This document shows, piece after piece, positions 38,690-48,613 of a DNA stretch of 64,000 nt. The stretch's first letter is position 1, and each line of letters opens with the position of its first letter. Made by a program: the position numbers and the translations under genes. The notes beneath the pieces are model-generated. The model had not been told where the DNA came from. It did no database searches and worked only from the letters and a program-made list of their open reading frames with translations. The stretch is from Alphaproteobacteria bacterium (lineage in GTDB: Bacteria; Pseudomonadota; Alphaproteobacteria; SMXP01), in the NCBI GenBank assembly GCA_028285305.1, contig JANQPV010000004.1, forward strand, positions 152,605-216,604, read 5' to 3'.

Positions 38690-39520
38690 TTACGCGCCGG
38701 CAACCAAACCGAATGTCGTTTCATCGGTACCATCAGTACCAAAACCTTCCGTAAACTCAATATTTCCGAATCCGGCCTGCTTGAGTTCATTATGGATTTC
38801 GTCCCGCGAAAAATACGTCAACCAGTTGTAGACGTCCCATGTACGATCCTTTTCGATGATCGTGAAGCGATCGAGAGACACGGCTTCATCTTCATATCGG
38901 AACGTGTGCTGGAAAGCGAAATAGTCATGCGCAGACCAAAACCCGTTCATGAGATTTCGCTCAAAAGAGACCCCCTCGTCTACGTTCTTAAAAGCGCTCG
39001 TTGAATAAACGTCGAATATGAACGTTCCGCTGGGCGTCAGTGATTTAAGAATCTTGACCAACAGCGTTTGGCGTTGGGGGGGCGAGAGGGCACACAAGTC
39101 GCAATAGATCAGCGTGACCAAGTCCTGTTGTGCGGGGAGCGGGTCCTTAAGATAATCGGCGACTTGGTATGTCGGTCTGGCGTGTAACGGGGCCTGCGTT
39201 TTCGCATAGTCGATTGAGTTGCGCGAAAAGTCCAAACCATGGACGATTGCGCCACGCTGTGCATATCGGTTTGCGTAAAGTCCGGGGCCACACCCAAGAT
39301 CGCAAATGGATTTACCCTCCAATCCGAAGGACCGGTCGATCCAGTCAACGACGCGATCGACGGCTTCAACTGAACGAGACGCAAGCTCGGTATCTTGGCT
39401 CAAATGAGTTTCGAGCATCTGGTTTGCCAGATGTGGATCGGTCCAGAGGGTGTCAGCCGTGTAGACGGAAAAGATTTCGGGACGTTCAGCGAGTTTCGCT
39501 AATTCAGTGTACGTCGTCAT
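38690..39520 (-). CDS. Class I SAM-dependent methyltransferase
   Basis: Motif I ICDLGCGPGLYANRYAQRGAIVHGLDFS. Confidence 0.8.
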   Translation of the reverse strand: MTTYTELAKLAERPEIFSVYTADTLWTDPHLANQMLETHLSQDTELASRSVEAVDRVVDWIDRSFGLEGKSICDLGCGPGLYANRYAQRGAIVHGLDFSRNSIDYAKTQAPLHARPTYQVADYLKDPLPAQQDLVTLIYCDLCALSPPQRQTLLVKILKSLTPSGTFIFDVYSTSAFKNVDEGVSFERNLMNGFWSAHDYFAFQHTFRYEDEAVSLDRFTIIEKDRTWDVYNWLTYFSRDEIHNELKQAGFGNIEFTEGFGTDGTDETTFGLVAGA

Positions 39521-39684
39521 CGTCTAGGGACCAGAGAGTCTGTCTAACATTGGACCAAGCCGTTCGGACACGCAAGCACCCCTTTGGTCGATGCCGGACC
39601 TCCGCCCAATCAGCTCAAGCGAACTCTGAGAGAATTCACGGCGGGCAACTAAGTCCGTCACTACCTTGAAGGCAGGGAGCTGCC

Positions 39685-40992
39685 CTACAAAATAAACTTG
39701 CTCAGATCCGCGTTCTTGGCCAGATCGCCCACATTTTCCCGGACATAGGCTTCGTCGACGACTTGGGTTTCGCCGGGCCGGTCGGCGGCCGTGAAGCTCA
39801 CCTCGTCGAGGACCCGCTCAAGAACCGTCTGCAGGCGACGGGCACCGATATTTTCAACCGTCGCATTTACCTCCGCGGCAATGTCGGCGATCGCTTCGAT
39901 TCCCCCATCGGTGAACTCGAGAACAAAATCCTCCGTCTGCATCAAGGCCACATATTGCTTGATAAGGCTGGCCTCCGGTTCCGTCAGGATACGTTTGAAG
40001 TCTTCGCGGGTCAGCGCATCCAGCTCCACCCGGATGGGCAAACGCCCCTGCAGCTCCGGCAAGAGGTCTGACGGCTTGGCAATATGAAACGCGCCGGACG
40101 CGATGAAGAGAATATGGTCGGTTTTTACGGGGCCGTATTTGGTGCTCACTGTCGTCCCTTCGATCAGCGGCAACAGGTCCCGCTGGACGCCCTCCCGGCT
40201 GACATCGCCCCCCATCCGGTCCGACCGGGCCGTGATCTTGTCCACTTCGTCGAGAAACACGATGCCGTCGTTTTCCACCACGTTCATGGCCTCATGCACC
40301 ACTTGGTCTTCATCAAGAAGTTTATCGGACTCTTCCATAATCAGAACTTCGTAGGTCTCCTGCACCTTCATTTTCTTTTGCTTCATGCGCGGGCCCACGG
40401 CCTTACCGAACAAATCGTTGAGGTTCAGCATGCCCATCTGGGCGCCGGGCATGCCGGGGATCTCAAAGCTGGGCATCGCATTGCTGGTGTCGGCCACTTC
40501 GATGTCGACATAACTGTCGTCGAGCTCATTCCGCCGCAACCTTTGCCGAAACGTCTCACGCGTCGACGGACTGGCACCGGGTCCCACAAGCGCATCCAGC
40601 ACCCGCTCCTCGGCTTTCATATGGGCTTCGGCTTCCACTTCCTTGCGCTTGCGCTCACGCACAATGCCGATCCCGATCTCGACCAGGTCCCGAACGATTT
40701 GTTCCACATCCCGGCCCACATAGCCCACCTCGGTGAACTTCGTTGCTTCGACCTTGAGGAAGGGCGCTCCGGCCAGTTTCGCGAGCCGCCGCGAGATCTC
40801 GGTCTTGCCCACGCCCGTCGGCCCGATCATTAAGATGTTCTTGGGCAGGACTTCTTCTTTGAGCATTTCGTCCAGTTGCTGCCGCCGCCAGCGGTTACGC
40901 AGCGCAATGGCAACAGATCTCTTCGCGTCTTGTTGGCCGATAATGTAGCGGTCCAGTTCCGAAACGATTTCACGGGGTGAAAATGAAGACAT
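39685..40992 (-). CDS. hslU: ATP-dependent protease ATPase subunit HslU
   Basis: [15 protein letters not shown], Walker [12 protein letters not shown]-terminal DLSKFIL. Confidence 0.95.
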   Translation of the reverse strand: MSSFSPREIVSELDRYIIGQQDAKRSVAIALRNRWRRQQLDEMLKEEVLPKNILMIGPTGVGKTEISRRLAKLAGAPFLKVEATKFTEVGYVGRDVEQIVRDLVEIGIGIVRERKRKEVEAEAHMKAEERVLDALVGPGASPSTRETFRQRLRRNELDDSYVDIEVADTSNAMPSFEIPGMPGAQMGMLNLNDLFGKAVGPRMKQKKMKVQETYEVLIMEESDKLLDEDQVVHEAMNVVENDGIVFLDEVDKITARSDRMGGDVSREGVQRDLLPLIEGTTVSTKYGPVKTDHILFIASGAFHIAKPSDLLPELQGRLPIRVELDALTREDFKRILTEPEASLIKQYVALMQTEDFVLEFTDGGIEAIADIAAEVNATVENIGARRLQTVLERVLDEVSFTAADRPGETQVVDEAYVRENVGDLAKNADLSKFIL

Positions 40993-41008
40993 ACGTTCTT
41001 CCCAAGGA

Positions 41009-41566
41009 CTAAGTGGTCGAGGCGAGTTTCTCGATCGTCAGGTTCGAGTTGGTGTAAATACAGATATCGGCGGCAATAGCCATGGCCTTTTTGGCAATTT
41101 CCTCCGCGCTCAGATCAGAATCGTAGAGCGCTTGAGCCGCCGCCAAGGCGTAATTGCCGCCGGAACCGATGCCGACCACGCCTTCTTCCGGTTCAAGGAC
41201 GTCGCCGGTCCCCACCAGGGTTAAGGTCACATCCGTATCGGCAACGATCATCATCGCTTCCAGCCGCCGCAAATAGCGATCCGTGCGCCAATCCTTCGCC
41301 AATTCCACACAGGCGCGCGTCAATTGTTTGGGATATTGCTCCAATTTGCCTTCAAGCCGCTCGGCAAGAGCCAGAGCATCAGCGGTGGCGCCTGCAAATC
41401 CGGCAATGACATCCCCTTTGGCGAGCGGGCGTACCTTGCGGGCGTTGCCTTTCATCACGGTATCGCCGGCGCTCACTTGTCCGTCTCCGACGATCACCAC
41501 TTCATTTCCCTTTCGCACGGACAAGATCGTTGTCCCGTGCCACGCTTCAAATCGTGCGGCTGTCAC
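41009..41566 (-). CDS. hslV: ATP-dependent protease subunit HslV
   Basis: [23 protein letters not shown] (N-terminal Thr nucleophile context). The likely start is GTG 41564-41566 with GAGGA upstream. The ORF-track TTG start at 41656 is probably too long. Confidence 0.9.
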   Translation of the reverse strand: MTAARFEAWHGTTILSVRKGNEVVIVGDGQVSAGDTVMKGNARKVRPLAKGDVIAGFAGATADALALAERLEGKLEQYPKQLTRACVELAKDWRTDRYLRRLEAMMIVADTDVTLTLVGTGDVLEPEEGVVGIGSGGNYALAAAQALYDSDLSAEEIAKKAMAIAADICIYTNSNLTIEKLASTT

Positions 41567-41730
41567 AAATCCTCGCTGCGTTGAAAAGAGCCGGCTTAAT
41601 CCGGCATTGATCTTGTTTATATTTACTCTAGATAGCTCTTGGTGATTAAGTGGCAATTTATGGCGCGCGAATCAAGTGCGTCGGTTTTTGGCCGAATTCT
41701 AGGAAAAATGCGGCCGGGAAAGGTGGAAAA

Positions 41731-42342
41731 ATGCGCACGGCAACAGTCGAACGCAAAACCAAAGAGACGGATATTTTCGTCTCGGTCAACTTGGACGGCA
41801 ATGGTGAGTACGATGTGGATACTGGCATCGGCTTTCTCGATCACATGCTGGAATCCTTTTCCAAGCACTCGCTTATTGACTTGAAGGTGCGCGCCGACGG
41901 CGATCTACACATCGATATGCACCACACCACCGAAGACACCGGCATCGTGATCGGTCAGGCGGTGGCGAAGGCCTTGGGCGATTTCAAAGGCATCCGCCGC
42001 TTCGGCACAGCCATGATTCCCATGGATGAAACCTGCACACGGGCCTCCGTAGATGTTTCAAATCGCCCCTATTTGATTTGGAAGGTGGAGTTCAAACGCC
42101 CGAAAGTCGGCGACATGGATACGGAACTTTTCAAAGAATGGTTCCAAGCTTTTGCCCAGAACGGCGGCATCACGCTCCACATGGAGAATCTCTACGGCGA
42201 GAACTCCCACCATATTGTGGAGTCCTGTTACAAGGCGCTGGCCAATGCCCTGCGCCACGCCATTGAAATCGATCCCAGACGTGCCGACGAGGTTCCGTCC
42301 ACCAAAGGCGTTTTGGGCATTGATGACGATGTTGACATTTGA
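41731..42342 (+). CDS. hisB: Imidazoleglycerol-phosphate dehydratase
   Basis: [33 protein letters not shown] 41731. Confidence 0.95.
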   Translation: MRTATVERKTKETDIFVSVNLDGNGEYDVDTGIGFLDHMLESFSKHSLIDLKVRADGDLHIDMHHTTEDTGIVIGQAVAKALGDFKGIRRFGTAMIPMDETCTRASVDVSNRPYLIWKVEFKRPKVGDMDTELFKEWFQAFAQNGGITLHMENLYGENSHHIVESCYKALANALRHAIEIDPRRADEVPSTKGVLGIDDDVDI

Positions 42343-42355
42343 CGGCCCTTAGGCC

Positions 42356-42384
42356 GTCATCCCCGACTTGATCGGGGATCTAGG
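42356..42384. repeat. REP-like hairpin GTCAT-CCCCGACTTGATCGGGG-ATCTAGG
   Basis: Lies directly after the hisB stop and its own small hairpin (42341-42358). It has the same architecture as one half of the elements at 59376-59455 and 60100-60183. Confidence 0.5.
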
Positions 42385-42460
42385 AACCTTATGAATTTGA
42401 AATTGATTAGTGCGCGACACTGGAATACTGGAGTCCCGATCTACGCGGACGTGCGGTCCG

Positions 42461-42566
42461 CTAGGGCGTTTCCAGGTGAAGTGGAATCCGGTTCACCGTC
42501 AGGAAACGCGCAAAACAAAGAATCTGGAGCCGTTTTGTGTTTCCGTCAAAACCAAAACGGCTCTAG
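42461..42566. repeat. 106-bp CTAG-bounded MITE-like palindromic element
   Basis: Ends are CTAGGGCGTTTCC... and ...AAACGGCTCTAG, which are imperfect inverted repeats. Internal hairpins GTTTCC..GGAAAC and CCGTTTTG..CAAAACGG. It resembles short intergenic repeats common in Rhizobiales-type genomes (from memory). Confidence 0.45.
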
Positions 42567-43195
42567 TTCTTCAGACATGAGATGAAGTCGCAGCTCGGTC
42601 ATCATGATTGGTACTGCTAAATCATCTGACTTGAAGAAGGTTAGCTGACAATCCTACCGCTACAAACTCACTTTGCGATGCAAACGAACCAATTAAGGAT
42701 GCGCCTCAGTACCACCAAGAGGAAAACCACCCTACCTCACTACACCACCACTTTCTAACAGCACGCTCCCGGGGTCACAGTACGCATCGACGTGAAGCGA
42801 AACTCCTGTTGAAAGTCGGCATCACACCCCGATATTGAGTAAGCACGTGCAAAACGGTGTTTAGCAGACCGGGCTTCGCGAACTGGCACCGGCGCGCTGA
42901 CGGACAACAAAAAACAGAGCAAGCACGCCTGTTGAGGTTCAAACACTACCTATCGCTTTCCAGGGGTTCCGCCGAACCATTTCGGTCGCAGACGAGACCC
43001 TTCGAATGAATAGAAATCGGGTCCCTCTTCCATGATGACACCCGTCGCTACGCGGCACCGATTAGGCGCTGCTTCACCAGCATCGCGCGTTTCCCGAACC
43101 GCCACCAAGTCGAACGGCTGTCTAGTCCACCTCTTAGACGGACACGCTGGCAGCAACAACGAAAGCGCATCCGATGCGGCGACTCATCAATCCAC

Positions 43196-43224
43196 TTGGA
43201 AATTAAGTAAACACTGTTTAGTAT
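43196..43224 (+). promoter_or_regulatory. Putative sigma70-type promoter with embedded palindrome TAAACA-C-TGTTTA
   Basis: TTGGAA, then 17 nt, then TAGTAT. The 17-nt spacer contains GTAAACACTGTTTA (43207-43220). About 65 nt upstream of the MFS ATG at 43286. Confidence 0.4.
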
Positions 43225-43285
43225 CGAGCAACAAGGGAAATGTCGGCGCTTGTTCCCCGACGCTCAGAAAGCGGAACCAAAGGTC

Positions 43286-44650
43286 ATGCAGAAGACGACA
43301 CATCAAAGCGACACCGTCGAAACACCGCCCAATACCAATCCCCCTACTGACTGGTACGCTTGGTACGCCGTTCTAATTCTGACTCTGGCATCAATCATCT
43401 CATATGTGGACCGCCAGATCCTCGCCTTGATGATCGGGCCCATCAGACGCGATCTCGGCATTAGTGATACCCAGGTCAGCCTTCTCATCGGCGCTGCGTT
43501 TGCTCTTTTCTATACGGCTCTCACACTTCCCATTGCCCGTCTTGCAGACCGGCATCCGCGCCGACTCATCATCGGCATTGGTGTCGCGTTTTGGAGCATC
43601 ATGACCTTCGTTTGCGGACTGGCAAACAAATACTCCGTCTTATTCCTGGCACGCATGGGCGTCGGCGTCGGTGAAGCATCGCTGCAACCGGCTGCCTATT
43701 CCATGCTCTCCGATCTATTTCACAAAGACAGGCTGCCGTTTGCCGTGGGGCTCTTTCAAAGCGCGACATTTGTAGGGGCGGGCATCGCTTACATATTGGG
43801 CGGCGTCCTGATCGAGTATTTGGAAAACATGCCCGAACTTGTACTACCGATCATTGGTCCGATCCGGTCCTGGCAAGCGGCATTCTTTGTCGTCAGCTTA
43901 CCCGGCCTTCTCTTGGCCGTCGTGGTTTTCATGATGCGCGAACCACCCCGAACGGGAAGGCTAAATGAAGACGAAATAAAACCAGTTCCGTTCAAAGACA
44001 TTATGCAGTTTATGCTTGAACGGCGGCTGTTGTTTTTCTCTCTGTTCGCCGGCTTTCTGCTTATGGCGACACAAGGTTTTGCCCTTTTCGCCTGGGGTGC
44101 GGAATTCTTAATCCGTGTACATGGGCTCGATCGATCGGAAGCAGGCTTGGCCTTTGGCGCAAGCGCGCTCGTGTTTGGAATTGCAGGCAGTATCACCGGT
44201 GGCTACGTCTCTTCTCGCTTGATGCGAAAAGGAGTTTCCGACGGCACAATGCGCGTCGCGGTGTTCAAATGCGTGGCGATTATACCTTTTGGCGGAGCCA
44301 TAGGCTTCATATCCGATACAACAACGGTCTTATTGCTTTTGCCGGTCGTGATATTTCTCATGTCACTTACGCCAGGCTTGGGAGCTGCCATCGTGCAGTC
44401 AGTAACACCCAACGAGTTCAGAGCACAAATGGTTGCTATCTACGGAATTGCAGTGAGTTTTCTATCTTACCTCCTGGCACCGCTCATCATTGCGCTCCTC
44501 ACCCAATACGTCTTTATGCGGGATGATGCAGTGGGTTACTCTCTGGGGACAACAGCGCTGATAACATACCCACTTGCCGCGTTGGTGCTCGCTATAGGAC
44601 TTAAACCCTACCGAAAGGCGCTCTCTGTATCCGTGGATTGGGAGAAATAG
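43286..44650 (+). CDS. MFS transporter (Spinster-like)
   Basis: YVDRQILALMIGPIRRDL, IARLADRHPRR, FLARMGVGVGEAS. About 12 helices. Start is ATG 43286 or TTG 43250. Confidence 0.8.
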   Translation: MQKTTHQSDTVETPPNTNPPTDWYAWYAVLILTLASIISYVDRQILALMIGPIRRDLGISDTQVSLLIGAAFALFYTALTLPIARLADRHPRRLIIGIGVAFWSIMTFVCGLANKYSVLFLARMGVGVGEASLQPAAYSMLSDLFHKDRLPFAVGLFQSATFVGAGIAYILGGVLIEYLENMPELVLPIIGPIRSWQAAFFVVSLPGLLLAVVVFMMREPPRTGRLNEDEIKPVPFKDIMQFMLERRLLFFSLFAGFLLMATQGFALFAWGAEFLIRVHGLDRSEAGLAFGASALVFGIAGSITGGYVSSRLMRKGVSDGTMRVAVFKCVAIIPFGGAIGFISDTTTVLLLLPVVIFLMSLTPGLGAAIVQSVTPNEFRAQMVAIYGIAVSFLSYLLAPLIIALLTQYVFMRDDAVGYSLGTTALITYPLAALVLAIGLKPYRKALSVSVDWEK

Positions 44651-44777
44651 TTTTCTCATTTGTATACGGATTTTAGATATATATAGGATTCTCGAGATTG
44701 CATAGCATGTTCCTCTTTTAAGCTTGCGTTCGAACTATTGGCGCATTCAGTTGGCAGATAACAAAGGCGAATCTCAC

Positions 44778-45734
44778 ATGTTATCATTTGGCATGGCACT
44801 TAGCGCAACTTCAACCAGTTGGGATGAGATCCTGAAGTGTACGGCAACTTTGGAAAAAGGACAGTGGGCAAGCGCTTGGATCGCTGATCACTTTATTCCA
44901 GCGCTTCCCGGCTTTGACTCAGAGCTTGATTGCCTTGAAGGTCTTTCGTTGCTCGCAGGTCTTGCAGCAGTGACAAAAAGACTCCAGCTAGGGATATTCG
45001 TCGCAGGCGTCACTTATCGGAACCCTGCGTTACTCGCGAAAATAGCGGCAACCATCGATCACATGAGTAGGGGTCGTTTCTGCCTCGGGATTGGAGCAGC
45101 ACATGTCGAGCGCGAACACGACGCGTATTTTGGGGGCTTACCCCCCATGCGTGAAAGGTCCGACAGATTAGAAGAAGCAGCGAAACTGATCAGAATGCTG
45201 TTCACATCGAACGACGCTGTAAGCTTCAAAGGCAAATACTATTCATTAGTCGACGCACCCTTCTCGCCAAAGTGCTATCGAAAGCCTCATCTCCCGATTT
45301 TGATTGGCGGCGCCGGAGAAAAGCGAACGCTGCGTACACTTGCAATGTATGGCGATGTCATGAACGTCAGCGGTCCACTGCCGAAAGTGAAGCGCAAAAT
45401 CGAAGCACTTTATCGTCACTGCGATGCTGTTGGCCGGGATCCAGATCAAATTCGAAAAACCGTGCACCACCCGGTCATGTTGTTGGATGACGAACAAAAG
45501 ATTGAACGATTTCGCCGGCGGGTTGGAACAGGGTATGCTGGTGGGGCCAATTTCAATCTAACCGAGTCCGAAGACCAGGAGCGCTATTTGGCTATCGGGC
45601 CCGCCGAGCACATCGCACGCGTTTTTAAAGACTTCGAAGAAATTGGAATCGATGAAGTGATCTTCTTGAACACGCCAAACAATCCCGATCTGTATGAAGA
45701 CCTAAACGAGAAACTCCTCAGTGGTTACAGCTGA
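44778..45734 (+). CDS. LLM-class F420/flavin-dependent oxidoreductase
   Basis: GRFCLGIGAAH, PHLPILIGGAGEKRTLRTLAMYGD. ATG 44778. Confidence 0.8.
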   Translation: MLSFGMALSATSTSWDEILKCTATLEKGQWASAWIADHFIPALPGFDSELDCLEGLSLLAGLAAVTKRLQLGIFVAGVTYRNPALLAKIAATIDHMSRGRFCLGIGAAHVEREHDAYFGGLPPMRERSDRLEEAAKLIRMLFTSNDAVSFKGKYYSLVDAPFSPKCYRKPHLPILIGGAGEKRTLRTLAMYGDVMNVSGPLPKVKRKIEALYRHCDAVGRDPDQIRKTVHHPVMLLDDEQKIERFRRRVGTGYAGGANFNLTESEDQERYLAIGPAEHIARVFKDFEEIGIDEVIFLNTPNNPDLYEDLNEKLLSGYS

Positions 45735-45995
45735 TATGCTGGCAAGGTCCCATCACAACCTGCAGGTTATTGATGTATACTCCTGATGTCCGAGTGCTGT
45801 GCAATTATCTTGCGATGAACTTGGCATCGCATACGGCGACCCAAGGAGCCGAATAGCAACCGGCGCCCCCCACTTTAGAAGACCGGGAATCAACTCTACC
45901 ATCCACGCTATTGTGACCGGTACAGAGAAAACTCATCAAGAGAGCACGAAGGTCCGCCGGCCCTGCCTGCATGTTGGTGTCTACGGCTTCAAGTG

Positions 45996-46027
45996 AAAAA
46001 ACGGTTGCAACAGAGTTGCAACCGTTT
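45996..46027 (-). terminator. Rho-independent terminator of the TonB-dependent receptor gene
   Basis: Perfect 11-bp stem ACGGTTGCAAC / GTTGCAACCGT (46001-46011 / 46015-46025) with a 3-nt loop. On the minus strand a T-run follows (A-run 45996-46000 on plus). Lies 65 nt after the receptor stop. Confidence 0.7.
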
Positions 46028-46091
46028 AGTCATGACCCAATACGGAAATTCGGAAGGGTATTTCGCGTGCTAGATCAAAATATCATTCCAT

Positions 46092-48461
46092 CTAGTTGAA
46101 TAACTCCGCGGGGCGTACTCTGAATTGGAAGATCAATTCTCGTCCGCGTTCCGCAAACAGATTGAGGGAGTCCGCATTGACGGCCCCGGGGGTTCCAGTG
46201 CCTGATCCCGACAATGGAACGTTTTGACCAACCGTCCGAAGAATCTCATTGTTCAAGTTTCGTCCGATAAATGACAACTCCCACGCACCGTCGGCATCGT
46301 ACAAGCTAACCGAGGTGTTTGCTTTATAGTAGCTGGGCTGACGGGTTCCGGGCGAACGCTGTTGCTGCGTATCGTATGAGTCGCTGTATTGTCCATCAGC
46401 GGATAACCCAAGAATGAAGTTGTTTCCCAGAGGCATCTGATAGTTTACGCCCAGCGACGCCGTGTATTCCGGCGCACGTTGAATTTCGACGCCTGAAAGA
46501 TCCAGCCCTTCGAAAGCACCACCAGGAATAACATCGACATTGCACCCTTGATCCGGCCGCTGACCAGTGAAGCAGTTGGATATGAATTGCTTGTACTTGG
46601 CATCCAAAACAGACCCAGCACCTCTGATCGAAAGCCCCTCAATCATCGGCACCTGGTACATGAAATCCATCTCTAGTCCGTCCACGTCGGCGCCAGCCGC
46701 ATTTACCGTTGTGACAACGATGGCAACCGAGTCGAATGAAGTGACCTGAAGATTGGAATAGTCATATGAGAAAGCATTTGCATTAACTTGCAAGGACCCA
46801 TCAAACAAAGTCGCCTTCACACCTATCTCATAACCTTCCACGTCTTCATCATCGTAAGTCGCCGCTTCATTCAACAGGACAGCATTCAATGCACCTTCAT
46901 CGAACCCTCCTGATTTGTAGCCTTGTTTGTATGCGGCATAAATCAAGAAGTCGTCCGTCGGACTGTAGGAGAGCGATACTTCGGGTGAAAGATTGTTGAA
47001 GCTGATTTCATCAGCACCAGGAACTGTAAACGTCTGACGAACGTAATTCCGGAACACATCGACACTCTTTTCTTCATGAGTATACCGCGCACCCATCGAA
47101 AGCTCGACTTGATCTGTGATGTCCCACACCGCCTGACCAAAGAGCGAATAAGCGCTCTGCTCTTGCTCGTTTGTGCCGTTGATTCTGCCGATTGCAGGAA
47201 TCCGGCTAACGGTACTGGTCGTTCGATGTTCATACAGTCCACCGAACATAAAGTTTAAAGGAAAGTCCCAATCAGAACTAATTCGCAGCTCTTCCGTAAT
47301 GATATTCGTCTTGTAAGAAGTCGATGTGGGAAGTGCCGAAGTTGGCAACGCAGACTGTTCCTGATTGACGTCATCATCGACATTATAGACGCCGGTAATC
47401 GACGTGAGTGTCAGCCCGTTATCCCAGGCGTAGTTACCTTCGATCGACCCTAATATGATCTTGGCTCTGCGGAAGCCATCTGCATCCGCCTCTGCGATGT
47501 CGAAAGCTGCAAGAGCTGCCGCTGATTGGTCCCCGGTGTAAATATTGCGATCAAATTTACAGTCATCAATATCAATCTGCGGAGCGACGATAGACAACGG
47601 AGTACCGAGAAAATTGGGTGAACCCAAGGGGCAGAACGAACGTTGCCAGCCGATGGGATATGAATCGATATCCCTGTCTGAAAACGTGAACTTTGCTCTC
47701 AAATCCAACGCGTCAACGGGATTTGCCGTCAGAGTGCCGCGAACAAAGATATCGGACGCATCTGGCAGACTATCGGCGCTTGACGGTAGAGCCGGCCCCA
47801 AACCGGATACCACCGGTGCATCGATATCGGTAACATTATAGAAGCCTTCTTGATCCGCATACCGTGCAAATACACGCGCTCCCACTCTGTCGCCTAGAGG
47901 CCCTGACAGAATGATCGAACCATACTTTTCTTCGGCTTCAATTTCGTATCCGCTTGAAAGCTCCAGTTCGAATTCATCGCCCGGATCTCTCGATTTGAAA
48001 CCAACCACCCCTCCCGGACTGTTTTTACCGAAGAAAAGCACTTGGGGACCGCGCAGAACTTCCAGAGTTTCTACATCGTACTGTCCCGAGAACATGAGAC
48101 TTGCCTGTGCAATCGAAACTCCGTCAAGATTGATTGCCACCGACTGATCGATCAATCCATTTCCGGTTGCAGATCCCACACCTCGCAAGTAGATCGCTCC
48201 GCCTGCTGACAGCTGAGACTGACCAGATATGAAATTGGGTACGATGGAACCAAGGTCTTCTATTGAATTTACCGCATTCTGTCGAAGAAAGTTCCCTGTG
48301 AACGCACTGATCGCAACAGGCACATCTTGTACGCTTTCTTCCCGCTTCCTTGCTGTCACCACAATTTCATCAATCTGGGCATTCACCGCAGTTGATACTA
48401 CCAAGTCCCCCGCACAGATCATCAGTGAGCTAAGTAGCAGTGATTTTTTCACTCTACGCAT
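46092..48461 (-). CDS. TonB-dependent receptor
   Basis: Signal peptide, plug region (IDEIVVTARKREESVQDVPVAISAF), and a 789-aa beta-barrel-type composition rich in Y/G/S/D/N. Confidence 0.9.
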   Translation of the reverse strand: MRRVKKSLLLSSLMICAGDLVVSTAVNAQIDEIVVTARKREESVQDVPVAISAFTGNFLRQNAVNSIEDLGSIVPNFISGQSQLSAGGAIYLRGVGSATGNGLIDQSVAINLDGVSIAQASLMFSGQYDVETLEVLRGPQVLFFGKNSPGGVVGFKSRDPGDEFELELSSGYEIEAEEKYGSIILSGPLGDRVGARVFARYADQEGFYNVTDIDAPVVSGLGPALPSSADSLPDASDIFVRGTLTANPVDALDLRAKFTFSDRDIDSYPIGWQRSFCPLGSPNFLGTPLSIVAPQIDIDDCKFDRNIYTGDQSAAALAAFDIAEADADGFRRAKIILGSIEGNYAWDNGLTLTSITGVYNVDDDVNQEQSALPTSALPTSTSYKTNIITEELRISSDWDFPLNFMFGGLYEHRTTSTVSRIPAIGRINGTNEQEQSAYSLFGQAVWDITDQVELSMGARYTHEEKSVDVFRNYVRQTFTVPGADEISFNNLSPEVSLSYSPTDDFLIYAAYKQGYKSGGFDEGALNAVLLNEAATYDDEDVEGYEIGVKATLFDGSLQVNANAFSYDYSNLQVTSFDSVAIVVTTVNAAGADVDGLEMDFMYQVPMIEGLSIRGAGSVLDAKYKQFISNCFTGQRPDQGCNVDVIPGGAFEGLDLSGVEIQRAPEYTASLGVNYQMPLGNNFILGLSADGQYSDSYDTQQQRSPGTRQPSYYKANTSVSLYDADGAWELSFIGRNLNNEILRTVGQNVPLSGSGTGTPGAVNADSLNLFAERGRELIFQFRVRPAELFN

Positions 48462-48556
48462 TGTTGCCGTCCCTCCCTTTTGCTCGTCTTCATCGTCATT
48501 TGGTCGACGCAGCGCTCGCGCACCCGCCCCTTACAAGCGAGAAACCTCGACCATTT

Positions 48557-48613
48557 GACTGACGAGTCAGTCTACAATAAGGGTGCACCCTGTCAATATG
48601 TAAACACTGTTTA
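48557..48613 (-). promoter_or_regulatory. Putative receptor promoter flanked by two palindromes
   Basis: On the minus strand: TAAACAGTGTTTAC (48600-48613), then TTGACA (48591-48596), 16 nt, TAGACT (48569-48574). GACTGAC-NN-GTCAGTC (48557-48572) overlaps the -10. About 100-150 nt upstream of the ATG at 48461. Confidence 0.4.
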
